Source of the DNA: a virus
Direction: 5' to 3' (one strand)
Virus record (IMG/VR): IMGVR_UViG_3300048577_000138
Location: 1 to 37,817 of that record
Length of the DNA stretch: 37,817 nucleotides
Shown here: piece after piece, positions 29,937 through 37,817 of the stretch
How the letters are laid out: every line of letters begins with the position of its first letter
Position numbering within the stretch: position 1 is the first letter of the stretch
Program-made: the position numbers and the translations under genes
Notes under the pieces: model-generated
Told to the model about the DNA's origin: nothing
The model's database searches: none
What the model saw: only the letters and a program-made list of their open reading frames with translations

Positions 29937-32900
29937 ATGCCAAAGAGTGATGCGCTGCGGGCGATTGACAGCAGGCGGGCCAGCGGCGGCGGGTCGCTGT
30001 ACGTCAATGGCGGGACTGGCGGGGCGTATGTGCTGCCGGAGCATAATTCGCTGCCGGGTTTGACGGTTGGCGACCCGCACACGCTGTATTTAACCCCTGG
30101 TCGCGGCGCGCTGCTGTTTGTGCCGCTAACGCGGCAGGTGGCGACGGGGGCGACGAGCGGGCTGGCCGGCGGCGGGACGCTGGGGGCGGACCTGGATTTG
30201 AGCCTGTCGGCGCACGCGGCGGGGGCAGGGCTGACGTATGACAACAATCAATTGTCGGTCGTGCCAGGCGAGGGGCTGGAGATCGAGACAGACGCCATCG
30301 GGCTGAAATCGTCGGTGGCCGGCGCGGCGCTCTCCTACAACGCTGGGGTGCTGGCGGTCGTGCCAGGCGAGGGGCTGGAGATTGAGACGGATGCCATCGG
30401 GTTGAAATCGTCGGTGGCCGGCGACGGGTTGAGCTACAACGCTGGGGTGCTGGCGGTGGGGGTGGCGAACACGGGGGCGGTTGGTCTGAGCGTAGAGGCA
30501 GACTTGGTGCGGCTCACCTCCAGCAGCAATCCCGGCGCGGCAGCCAAGGTGCTGGCGACCGACCAGAACGGCAGCCTGTTTTTGGATACCAGTCTGCTCT
30601 ACATTGACGCGCCCAACAACCGCGTGGGCATCAACCGCACGCCGGGCGGCGCGGCGCTGGACGTGATCGCGGCGAACAATGCGGACCACACGCAGCGACT
30701 CAAACAAAAAACGGGGCAGACGGGCCGGCTGTGGCGGGTGGAGAATGCCGCCGGCGACGAACTGATTGTGCTCGACAGCGAAGGGAATCTGCAATCGGGC
30801 AATCCGGGATTCGTCAGCGGCTTCACGGGCTGGCAGATGTCGCGCATTGGCGACCTGGAGGCAAACAGCGGGCGATTCCGGGGCGAGCTGCACGCATCCA
30901 TGTTCGTGATGGATGAGTTTCATTCGAGCGGCGGCACGCTGTTTATTGCGCCGGCGGGAAAGCTGGAGGCAAATGCCGCGCTGGACGCAACGGCAGGCGA
31001 TCCGGCAGCCGTCAACGTGAGATCGGCTGCGTTTGTAGAAACCGTACTGAGCGTGAGATCGGCCGCCTTTACGGAGACGACGCTCACGGCGCGGAGCATC
31101 GAAAACTATGTGGAGATCACCGACCCGCCCAGCGGCCACGCACGGGTTTTCAGCGTCGGCGACCGCTTGCGCTGTAAAACGATGGCGATGGGCGCGGGGC
31201 TGGACGTCTACGATATTTGGATGCAGGTGTCCAGTGTCCGGGACATGGGGGCCTATTTTCGCTATTACGTGTCGATCCTGTACGGTACGACGCCGGTGAC
31301 GCTGCCGGCGGGCGCAGCGATCATCAACTATCGCAAGGCCGGCGATGGGTTGATTGTGCTGACTGCCGACCAAGGATACGCGCCATACATACAGGTGGTG
31401 ATTTCCGGCGCCCGGCCCTGGCTGGGTGAGATTACGCCTACTGTGCGCATGGGCAGGCTGGACGGCGTGGGCGTGCCGGGGGTAGGCGGCATCTATCAGC
31501 ATGGCATCGTGCTGGGCCGCAATCTGGCGGATGCGAATGAGCCGTATTTCGTGGCGAGCGACCGGCAACTGGCAAGCTACAAAATTGACGCCAGGTGGAA
31601 TGACGGCGGGAACGACACGGCGCAGATCGAGGCGTCGGGCCGGATGCGGCTGGGCACAAATATAGGCCAGGCGGCGACGACATTTTTTGACGCCAACCCC
31701 GCGGCGGGCACACTGCAAATCGGCAGCCCGGCGACGGCGGCCAATGTTGCACTGTATGGCACGTTGTATCTGCCGAGTGGTGCGCCAGTGGAAACCATGC
31801 GTTGGCGGGACGCCTGGGCCAGCGGCACGGCCTATGCCAAGCAGGACGCGGTCAACTATGGCGGGTCTAGCTGGATTACTGACAGCGCGCACACAGCGAG
31901 CGGGGCCAACGCTCCTGGCACGGGCAGCATGTGGAGCGTACTCGCGCAACAGGGCAACACAGGCGCGACGGGGGCCACAGGAGCGCAAGGACCGGCGGGG
32001 CAATCCATTGCTGTGCAGTACTCGATCTCCGGCAGCGGAGACTGGCACTCAACATTTGCGACCGGTGACATCTACATGCGCCAGAGTGCGGATGGGGGGG
32101 CGACGTGGAGCGCAGCTATTCGCATCGTAGGCGAGGCGGGTGCGTCTGGCGCAGATGGCGCTGACGGCAATTTTGTGCAGTACGTGTTTCGTCGCGCCGC
32201 GACACTGCCGGCGACGCCAACGGGCAACAGCGTACCGTCCGGGTGGAGCGATGCGCCGCCAACGGGCGCTGACCCGCTGTGGATGAGCAAAGCGACGCAG
32301 ACGTTGGCAGGAACAACTATCAGCAGTTGGTCTGCTCCGGTGCGCATCACAGGCGATACGGGCGCGACCGGGACGGCGGGGATGAACGCCAAACTTGTCA
32401 CGCTGGCGGCGGGCGCACTGGTGTTTGCGGTGGACAACAGCGGGATTGCTGACCCGACGGCGATCACGCTGGTGGCGAGCGGCCAGAACGTGGCGGGATC
32501 GCCGGTGTGGAGCGCAAGCCCGACGACGGCGCTGACGGGCAGCGGAAACAGCCGAAGCCTGGCCTACACTGCAATGGTGTCCGAGAGCGTGACGATCACG
32601 ATTACCTGGGACGGCCTGACCGACTCGGTGACAATTGTCAAAGTGCGCGGCGGGGCAGACGGTGCAGACGGGCTGCCGGCGCTGACGGTGGTGATGAGCA
32701 ACGAGGCGCACGTGCTGCCGGCGACCACGGCGGGGAATGTGCTGAATTACGCCGGCAGCGGAACAACGGTCCAGGTGTTCGAGGGCGTCACGGCGCTTGC
32801 GGCGGCGAGCGGCGGTGCAGCGGGAACGTTTGCGGTTGCGCTGATTTCGGCCATGCCTGTCAATGTGCGGTCGACGGCGTTTGCGGAGCGCACGCTGAGT

Positions 32901-34307
32901 TCGCGCTCGACGGCGTTTGCGGAGAAGGTGCTAACGGCGCGCAGTCTGCCGTTGACGCCGGGGGCTATCTCCTACGCTGCTGGCGTGGCGACGGTTGGCA
33001 ACCATAGCGATATGAGCGCGGCGGTCGATCTGGTGCTGCTGGTGCACCAAGTGACGGTGACGCGGGCGGGCGGCCAAGTCGTGACGCTGGAAAAGGTGCA
33101 GACGATCAGCAAGAGCCGTCAGGGTTTAACTGGTTTAACTGGTTCAACTGGTGCGACTGGTGCGACTGGTGCGACTGGTGCGACTGGTGCGACTGGCGCG
33201 CAGGGGCCGCAGGGGCCACAGGGGCCACAGGGGCCACAGGGGCCGCAGGGCGCGCAAGGGCCGCCGGGCTTGGATAACCAGGGGTTTGGATTTCTCGATT
33301 TTAGTTTGGCGGCGTTGCAGGGGCGCAGTGCAGGCGCTGGCATGTATATCGTGGGGGATTACATCGGCTGGTACAGCGGTGGATCAGCCGGCAATTTTTC
33401 GTTCTACCTGTCAAACGGAGGGGATTTTAAATTTGGCGCACCGGGCGCGCCATCGGCGTTGGAGTACAGCGCCGCCGCCAATCAACTGCGCGGGCGAGTC
33501 GGAGCGACGACGCATTGGTATGTGGATGGCAGCGACGGAAAATTCTATGCCGGCGGCGGCAACGTCGGCTTGACCGCCGCAGGGCTGGGGCTGAAGGCGA
33601 AGGCTTACGTTGACTGGAACGATACGAGCACGGCTATCGTGTGGGCGGAGACGCTGCCGGCCACAAACGTAATTGCCAAGTTGGAGTCTCTGAATGTGCC
33701 GGGGGACGCCAACTATCTGTGGGCGTACAGTAAGGCGACGACGACGCAGGATGGGGATGCGCAATTTGGCAATCTGATCGACGGCGTCGGTTGGGGGGCC
33801 AGTGTGCGCGCCAAAACGGAGTACAGCGGCGGGGCGTGGGCGAAAAATTTACAATTTATCGGAGACGCGCTATTCCTGGACTCGCTGAAAAAGCGCGTAG
33901 CGGGAGTGGATTACGACGTGTCGCTGGTGGGCCACACGCACGACTATGCAGCCAGCGTACACACGCACGATGATCGTTATTACACCGAGACGGAAACCAA
34001 CAACTTGCTGGCGGGCAAGAGCGCAACTGGGCACACGCACGCGTACCTGGCGACCAGCGGCGGCACGGTCAACGGCGCGGTGACTGTCGAGGGGACGCTG
34101 AGTACGGGCGTCAATACAAGCAATAGCACAGATTCCACGTACTATCTCGACATCGGGCTGTGGAAGGACACGACATCAGACCCGGCCGCGCCTGCTAGCA
34201 ATAAGGTTAGGCTGTTTTTGCGTAAAAACAGTACGGGGCGGCTTGAACTGTACGCATTATTTCCTGGGACGGGCGGCAGCACACGGCTGGCCGTATCGGC
34301 AACATAG
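29937..34307 (+). CDS. Tail fibre / host-recognition protein with collagen-like repeats (1456 aa)
   Basis: Gly-X-Y tracts ([16 protein letters not shown]; [49 protein letters not shown]), internal duplications, and HTHDY...[12 protein letters not shown] motifs near the C-terminus. Confidence 0.85.
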   Translation: MPKSDALRAIDSRRASGGGSLYVNGGTGGAYVLPEHNSLPGLTVGDPHTLYLTPGRGALLFVPLTRQVATGATSGLAGGGTLGADLDLSLSAHAAGAGLTYDNNQLSVVPGEGLEIETDAIGLKSSVAGAALSYNAGVLAVVPGEGLEIETDAIGLKSSVAGDGLSYNAGVLAVGVANTGAVGLSVEADLVRLTSSSNPGAAAKVLATDQNGSLFLDTSLLYIDAPNNRVGINRTPGGAALDVIAANNADHTQRLKQKTGQTGRLWRVENAAGDELIVLDSEGNLQSGNPGFVSGFTGWQMSRIGDLEANSGRFRGELHASMFVMDEFHSSGGTLFIAPAGKLEANAALDATAGDPAAVNVRSAAFVETVLSVRSAAFTETTLTARSIENYVEITDPPSGHARVFSVGDRLRCKTMAMGAGLDVYDIWMQVSSVRDMGAYFRYYVSILYGTTPVTLPAGAAIINYRKAGDGLIVLTADQGYAPYIQVVISGARPWLGEITPTVRMGRLDGVGVPGVGGIYQHGIVLGRNLADANEPYFVASDRQLASYKIDARWNDGGNDTAQIEASGRMRLGTNIGQAATTFFDANPAAGTLQIGSPATAANVALYGTLYLPSGAPVETMRWRDAWASGTAYAKQDAVNYGGSSWITDSAHTASGANAPGTGSMWSVLAQQGNTGATGATGAQGPAGQSIAVQYSISGSGDWHSTFATGDIYMRQSADGGATWSAAIRIVGEAGASGADGADGNFVQYVFRRAATLPATPTGNSVPSGWSDAPPTGADPLWMSKATQTLAGTTISSWSAPVRITGDTGATGTAGMNAKLVTLAAGALVFAVDNSGIADPTAITLVASGQNVAGSPVWSASPTTALTGSGNSRSLAYTAMVSESVTITITWDGLTDSVTIVKVRGGADGADGLPALTVVMSNEAHVLPATTAGNVLNYAGSGTTVQVFEGVTALAAASGGAAGTFAVALISAMPVNVRSTAFAERTLSSRSTAFAEKVLTARSLPLTPGAISYAAGVATVGNHSDMSAAVDLVLLVHQVTVTRAGGQVVTLEKVQTISKSRQGLTGLTGSTGATGATGATGATGATGAQGPQGPQGPQGPQGPQGAQGPPGLDNQGFGFLDFSLAALQGRSAGAGMYIVGDYIGWYSGGSAGNFSFYLSNGGDFKFGAPGAPSALEYSAAANQLRGRVGATTHWYVDGSDGKFYAGGGNVGLTAAGLGLKAKAYVDWNDTSTAIVWAETLPATNVIAKLESLNVPGDANYLWAYSKATTTQDGDAQFGNLIDGVGWGASVRAKTEYSGGAWAKNLQFIGDALFLDSLKKRVAGVDYDVSLVGHTHDYAASVHTHDDRYYTETETNNLLAGKSATGHTHAYLATSGGTVNGAVTVEGTLSTGVNTSNSTDSTYYLDIGLWKDTTSDPAAPASNKVRLFLRKNSTGRLELYALFPGTGGSTRLAVSAT
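30258..30455 (+). repeat. 99-bp tandem duplication inside the fibre gene (2 copies)
   Basis: Copies start at 30258 and 30357. They encode [22 protein letters not shown].(A/G)LSYNAGVLA twice and differ at about 10 positions. Confidence 0.85.
33123..33269 (+). repeat. 9-bp tandem repeats (GGTGCGACT x5, GGGCCACAG-type x5, plus variants) encoding the collagen-like tract
   Basis: Read directly from the sequence. Confidence 0.9.
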
Positions 34308-34316
34308 GGAGGCACT

Positions 34317-34718
34317 ATGGATTACACACTGATCAGAAATGTAGTAAACCGGGCGCTGGAACAGATGGCGGCGCGCGAGATGGCGAGCGGCGGGCAGCTC
34401 AGCGCGGAGCAGAAGATCGCCGACCAGGTGGTGAGCGATCTGTTTCCGACGCTGGCGGAGAAATTCGGGCAGATGCTGCTGATCAATGAGAGGTGGGTGG
34501 CAAATGCAGTTGGCGACAAGATCGTGGCGGCGGCGTCTCAGGGCCAGAGGCTGGCGGGCTATGAGCCGGCGGCCTGGGCGGTGTGGGGGCAATTGCTGCC
34601 GCACGTCATGGCATTTTTGGAGTTGCCATTCGAGGTCACGCTGCCCGACGGAACTGTCTCGCAAATGACGCTGAAAAATGCGGTGATGACGGACTACCTG
34701 AAGGAGGGAGATGCGTGA
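34317..34718 (+). CDS. Hypothetical protein (133 aa)
   Basis: Track ORF after the fibre gene. Confidence 0.55.
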   Translation: MDYTLIRNVVNRALEQMAAREMASGGQLSAEQKIADQVVSDLFPTLAEKFGQMLLINERWVANAVGDKIVAAASQGQRLAGYEPAAWAVWGQLLPHVMAFLELPFEVTLPDGTVSQMTLKNAVMTDYLKEGDA

Positions 34719-34921
34719 TGAATATCGATGCGTTGAGGGCGTGGCTGCAGTCGATGAACGACGCCATGCCAAATTTGATGGCGGCAGAGCAGCGGGCAAC
34801 GGAGGCGCGCCTGCGCCAAGAGGGTGCAATTATGGCTGTGCGCGATCTGCTGCGAGCGGGGGAATCAGCCGCCCAGCAGTCGGACCAGCAGGAAAACGTG
34901 GAGGGTACAAATGCCAGTTGA
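34718..34921 (+). CDS. Hypothetical helical protein (67 aa)
   Basis: ATG at 34718 overlapping the upstream stop (TGATG), inside track ORF 34583..34921. Confidence 0.5.
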   Translation: MNIDALRAWLQSMNDAMPNLMAAEQRATEARLRQEGAIMAVRDLLRAGESAAQQSDQQENVEGTNAS

Positions 34922-35420
34922 TCGCTATATCGAGGGCCTGAACGAGTGCACGGACCCGGTGGCGGGGGACCAGATGTGGATCATGGATGCCTCTGCGCCG
35001 GCGACGGACAAGGACAGGCGGGTTGATGTCGCCAAATTTGCGTTGCTGGCAGGTGCGACTTTTGCGGGCGGTGTGATGGCGCCAAATTTTAGATCGCACA
35101 ACCTGACGCTGCTGGTTAACAGCGCGGTGTCGATCAGTGTGCCGAGCGCGGGCCTGCTGATTTTTGTGTGCCCGCTGATTTTGAAAAGCGGCGGGGCTAT
35201 CGGGTACTACTCCCCTGCGACCGGGTCGGCCAGTGCGGAGATTTACGCGCAGGCGGCCAGCGGGAGTCTGCTGGCGGTGACGCCAAACACCGTACTGGGC
35301 AACGAGACGACGACGGGCGTCGACGGCAAAGTCAACGTCAACCCCGTGATTGGTGGTGTGATCTGGATTAAAAACAGGACTGCGTCGCCAGCGTCGATGC
35401 AGGTTTTTGTGATTGCCTAA
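34911..35420 (+). CDS. Fibre-like hypothetical protein (169 aa), last late gene
   Basis: ATG at 34911 (GGAGGG RBS) inside track ORF 34824..35420. The N-terminus ...DPVAGDQMWIMDASAPATDKDRRVDVAKF resembles fibre N-termini. Confidence 0.6.
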   Translation: MPVDRYIEGLNECTDPVAGDQMWIMDASAPATDKDRRVDVAKFALLAGATFAGGVMAPNFRSHNLTLLVNSAVSISVPSAGLLIFVCPLILKSGGAIGYYSPATGSASAEIYAQAASGSLLAVTPNTVLGNETTTGVDGKVNVNPVIGGVIWIKNRTASPASMQVFVIA

Positions 35421-35421
35421 G

Positions 35422-35448
35422 CGTCCGACAATAAACCATTGTCGGACG
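35422..35448 (+). other. Perfect 11-bp hairpin directly after the last late gene (no U-tract)
   Basis: CGTCCGACAAT-AAACC-ATTGTCGGACG. Confidence 0.5.
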
Positions 35449-35486
35449 AGGACGTGGATGGGGAGCCGGCGTAAGAGAGACGTGGC

Positions 35487-35502
35487 GGTTTCCCGGGAAA
35501 CG
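35487..35502. promoter_or_regulatory. Palindrome copy 3 of 3 (core GTTTCCCGGGAAAC)
   Basis: Read directly. It lies 4 nt upstream of the convergent terminator. Confidence 0.5.
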
Positions 35503-35505
35503 GAG

Positions 35506-35535
35506 AGGGCCGGTCGATGTGGCCGGCCCTTTTTG
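35506..35535. terminator. Terminator between the convergent late (+) and early (-) operons
   Basis: AGGGCCGG-TCGATGTGG-CCGGCCCT followed by TTTTT on the + strand, and preceded by an A-tract for the - strand. Confidence 0.7.
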
Positions 35536-35540
35536 ATTGG

Positions 35541-35657
35541 TCACTGTGGCAGGCTGTTGTGCTGCTGCCAGAGCTGGCCGCGGGCGGCCCAATGCGTACC
35601 GGGGCGGGCGGCGGGGTTCCAGTTGGGGCTGTCGAGGGTAACGTCGTGTTCTGTCAT
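35541..35657 (-). CDS. Small hypothetical protein (38 aa)
   Basis: Hand-translated: MTEHDVTLDSPNWNPAARPGTHWAARGQLWQQHNSLPQ. Strong AGGAGG RBS. Below the track cutoff. Confidence 0.4.
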   Translation of the reverse strand: MTEHDVTLDSPNWNPAARPGTHWAARGQLWQQHNSLPQ

Positions 35658-35669
35658 GGGTAATCCTCC

Positions 35670-35894
35670 TTATCTGTACTGGGGCTTTATCCCCATCACG
35701 GCTGCAAGCGACTCGATGCGACTATCAATGATCTGGTGATCCGCGCCGGCTGGTGGGGCCATGCGCTGCGCATCCTCAGCGTATCCATTGGCGGCGGCGG
35801 CGGCGGCCAGTTGCGCCCATTCTCGCCTTGCCTGGGCTGTCGCGCCGGCGTTTATTTCCCGCATGAGTCGTTTGGTGATTCGCATGTTGCTCAC
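35670..35894 (-). CDS. Hypothetical protein (74 aa)
   Basis: Track ORF with a GTG start in a GTGA overlap at the conserved junction motif. Confidence 0.55.
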   Translation of the reverse strand: MSNMRITKRLMREINAGATAQARREWAQLAAAAAANGYAEDAQRMAPPAGADHQIIDSRIESLAAVMGIKPQYR

Positions 35895-36232
35895 GGCTGC
35901 GCCTCGCTTTTTGCCTCAAAGTGATACCCGAAAATCCTCACCCCGCCCGGCTGAAAGGCCAGCACCGCGATTGTGTGCGCCAATCCGTTTGCCAGCCGCG
36001 CCGTCTCGCCGACCTTATCCCCACGATGGATAAGGTCGTCGCCGTGCGAAGCCACGTCGTCGGAGTAACTGCGCGCCAGTTCGTAGTCCAGGTCGCTCGG
36101 CCCGCCTTTTTTTTGCAAGGCCGCCATGCGTAACGGCACGGATACTGCGACGAACATGCTCAGCAAGCTTTTGTCTGCGCCTGGAGCGGTAAATCCCCAG
36201 GCGTCCGTCTCCGTTATCAGATTTCCGCTCAC
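35891..36232 (-). CDS. Hypothetical protein (113 aa)
   Basis: Track ORF. It starts and ends in the conserved junction motif. Confidence 0.6.
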   Translation of the reverse strand: MSGNLITETDAWGFTAPGADKSLLSMFVAVSVPLRMAALQKKGGPSDLDYELARSYSDDVASHGDDLIHRGDKVGETARLANGLAHTIAVLAFQPGGVRIFGYHFEAKSEAQP

Positions 36233-36486
36233 GGCTGCACCTCAGCGAACAGCGTCGGCTGCTCTTGTTCTTGTCCACACGTACACCACGTAGCGGACCA
36301 CACGTCAGCGGCGGTCTTGCGCTCCACAATCAGGCCGCCGGTGATGCACTCGCTGGCAAATTTGGCCACGTCGCGCGCCCGCTCCGGGGTGTCCGCACAG
36401 CAGCCAGTCATGCCGCCACAGACGCGGCAATAGCTGATATAGGCTGGTTTTTTCGCGACTTCGGGGTCGCGCTGTCGTTCGCTCAC
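36229..36486 (-). CDS. Cys-rich hypothetical protein (85 aa)
   Basis: GTG at 36486 (track ORF extends to 36516). Contains YCRVCGG..GCC...WCTCG. Confidence 0.55.
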   Translation of the reverse strand: MSERQRDPEVAKKPAYISYCRVCGGMTGCCADTPERARDVAKFASECITGGLIVERKTAADVWSATWCTCGQEQEQPTLFAEVQP

Positions 36487-36887
36487 GGCTGCACCTCGCT
36501 TTGCTGCGCCAGCCATGCGTCGATTGCCTTTTCGTCCGCCCCTTGCTGCACGGGATCGTAGCGATGATGGTGGTCTGCCACCTCGCTGTAACGCATGTGT
36601 CGCCGCAACGCATCGACCGGCACGGCGGTCAGCTTCGCCTCTGCTGCGTCTGCTCGCTGCGTGGCGGTGGCCAGGGCGGCGCGGAGTTGGTCGCGCTCCG
36701 TCTCCAGCGCGTCGTTGCGATTACGGGCATTGCTGAGCAAGGAGCGCAACTCCGTAATTCTGTCGGAATTTTCCGAAATACTACGGTCGGCAACGCTGAG
36801 CTTCTCCCTAAGCCGATCACGTTCGTGCAATAGTGCATTGGCTGCGATTCGGACATCATCAATTGCGACAACGATTGCTTCAGTCAT
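36483..36887 (-). CDS. Coiled-coil hypothetical protein (134 aa)
   Basis: Track ORF with a heptad-like, charged composition. Confidence 0.6.
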   Translation of the reverse strand: MTEAIVVAIDDVRIAANALLHERDRLREKLSVADRSISENSDRITELRSLLSNARNRNDALETERDQLRAALATATQRADAAEAKLTAVPVDALRRHMRYSEVADHHHRYDPVQQGADEKAIDAWLAQQSEVQP

Positions 36888-36920
36888 GTTCTGCTCCTGT
36901 GCAAATAACGGTGATTAGCA

Positions 36921-37037
36921 CTACTCGTCGTATAACGACCTGAACGCGTCGATGATATTGCTCTCCACCCACAAGGCTGCGGCGACGGCGACGGCGACGC
37001 ACGCGGCAGCCAGGGCTACACTGATTATATGCCTCAT
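36921..37037 (-). CDS. Small signal/TM peptide (38 aa)
   Basis: Hand-translated: MRHIISVALAAACVAVAVAAALWVESNIIDAFRSLYDE. Below the track cutoff. Confidence 0.3.
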   Translation of the reverse strand: MRHIISVALAAACVAVAVAAALWVESNIIDAFRSLYDE

Positions 37038-37107
37038 ACGCGCTTGGCCTTGCGCAAACCGATGCGCCAAGCGTCGCCCAGGGTGATGGTGATGGTGAGG
37101 GCGTTGG

Positions 37108-37284
37108 TCACGGCCTCACCTCCCAGGCAGTCACGGCGTGATAGCCACAGTGAGCGCACAGATATGCCGTGTCGCCTGATAGGTCGTCGTAGAGCGAATC
37201 GAGTTCGTCAACCCCACACGCCGGACAGCGGACAGCGTGCTCCCATCCATCGCTTTCGCGTTGGTCGTTCAGTTGGTTGACCAT
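37108..37284 (-). CDS. Zinc-ribbon protein (58 aa)
   Basis: Hand-translated: MVNQLNDQRESDGWEHAVRCPACGVDELDSLYDDLSGDTAYLCAHCGYHAVTAWEVRP. Two CxxC pairs and an AGGAG RBS. Below the track cutoff. Confidence 0.5.
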   Translation of the reverse strand: MVNQLNDQRESDGWEHAVRCPACGVDELDSLYDDLSGDTAYLCAHCGYHAVTAWEVRP

Positions 37285-37311
37285 GATGTCTCCTTAGTGT
37301 CAGTCTGTTGG

Positions 37312-37509
37312 TTACGGCAGTCCTTCGGGCGAATAGCCGAGGCGTGTATAGGCGTGGTCGAGCTGCGCCCGCAATTGGATGTTGGCGTCGGCAAGCTGCT
37401 GGCGCTGGGTGCGCTCGGCGAGGGCCACGCGGGTGGACAGCAGCATGATGGGTACGGCGATCAGCAGGTTGCTGACTATGATCCAGAGCAGGGCCGTTAG
37501 CAAGTCCAT
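37312..37509 (-). CDS. Small single-pass membrane protein (65 aa)
   Basis: Track ORF directly downstream of the FtsK-like genes: MDLLTALLWIIVSNLLIAVPIMLLS followed by a coiled-coil. Confidence 0.55.
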   Translation of the reverse strand: MDLLTALLWIIVSNLLIAVPIMLLSTRVALAERTQRQQLADANIQLRAQLDHAYTRLGYSPEGLP

Positions 37510-37515
37510 TGTCTG

Positions 37516-37817
37516 TTACTCCTTTGCGCTGGCGATGACTGCGGGCAGTTCAAGTTGTTTGCACCAACGATCTAGGATCGGCTGCGTCCAGGTGTCTGCG
37601 TCTACGTAGTACGCTTGGAAGCGGCGCACGTCCATGCCTTCGACACGCAGGAAGGCGCCCTGGCCGGGGAGGTATTCGGCGCCTACGCCTGAGATTCCGG
37701 CGGCGACGCGGCTGTCGTCGGGGGACATAACGCGGCCGATCAGGCGGCTAGTGAAGTTGGCTTTGGCGACGCTGCCGACGATGGCGCCAAGCGGTTTTTG
37801 CGTGGCAGCCAGGACGT
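37516..37817 (-). CDS. FtsK/SpoIIIE-family ATPase, 3' part (same gene as 1..872; nt 37691-37817 duplicate nt 1-127)
   Basis: The frame is continuous with 1..872 across the junction. The C-terminus reads ...SRLIGRVMSPDDSRVAAGISGVGAEYLPGQGAFLRVEG..., a typical FtsK motor-domain end. The track only shows it as a 70-aa ORF, 37516..37728. Confidence 0.8.
   Translation of the reverse strand, partial: VLAATQKPLGAIVGSVAKANFTSRLIGRVMSPDDSRVAAGISGVGAEYLPGQGAFLRVEGMDVRRFQAYYVDADTWTQPILDRWCKQLELPAVIASAKE
37691..37817. repeat. Terminal overlap, copy 2 (identical to 1..127)
   Basis: Base-for-base identity with the window start. Confidence 0.95.

Larger units (their letters stand above)
1..37817. mobile_element. 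Complete circular genome of a temperate HK97-like siphovirus-type phage (37,690 unique bp)
   Basis: Identical 127-nt ends. Integrase, tRNA-derived attP and Xis-like HTH are present. HNH, P27 TerS, TerL, HK97-type portal/protease/capsid, connectors, tail tube, chaperone, tape measure and fibre lie on the + strand; replication and early genes lie on the - strand. Confidence 0.85.

Noticed and set aside
31011-32946. Diversity-generating retroelement (TR/VR pair) in the fibre gene
   Set aside because: There is no reverse transcriptase anywhere in the genome. The two copies differ at many positions that are not adenine-specific, and similarity is at the peptide level rather than the DNA level.
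37034-37111. 25-aa ORF (VTNALTITITLGDAWRIGLRKAKRV) bridging two small early genes with GTGA/ATGA overlaps
   Set aside because: It is too short and featureless to support. The overlaps could be coincidental in GC-rich sequence.

Overview
The window is a complete, circularly closed genome of a temperate HK97-like siphovirus-type phage (or excised prophage) from a high-GC host. Nt 1-127 are identical to nt 37691-37817, leaving 37,690 unique bp; 127 nt is the largest default SPAdes k-mer, so this reads as an assembly signature of circularity. Plus strand: tyrosine integrase (7377..8291) next to an attP core that is the 3' part of a tRNA-Lys(CUU). Then comes a lower-GC accessory island of membrane proteins (8700-10215). 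A tightly coupled operon follows (10226..12795) holding membrane and secreted proteins, a LuxR-type regulator, a Zn-ribbon protein and an HNH endonuclease. The structural genes come next: P27-type TerS, TerL, five small ORFs, a 430-nt non-coding island, then portal, prohead protease, major capsid, connector/adaptor genes, two tail-tube-like genes, a frameshifted chaperone pair, tape measure, distal tail proteins and a 1456-aa collagen-repeat fibre, ending at a terminator near 35520. Minus strand: one early operon runs 7063 -> 1 and continues across the circular junction to 35541. It encodes a DUF3102 protein, a replication initiator with an iteron-type origin inside its own gene, and two adjacent FtsK-family ATPases. 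One of these is membrane-anchored and TraB-like; the other spans the junction and is absent from the ORF track. Many small proteins follow them. I see no rRNA, no CRISPR array, no full-length canonical tRNA, no reverse transcriptase and no recognisable endolysin. The points most worth follow-up are the FtsK/TraB-like pair, the origin inside the initiator gene, the promoter/terminator/structured-RNA island before the portal gene, a 16-nt palindrome present three times, a 17-nt motif at three early gene junctions, the accessory membrane-protein island and a possible non-canonical lysis cassette. All family assignments come from motif recognition by eye, not searches. Many long ORFs in the track are GC-rich shadow frames and were rejected.
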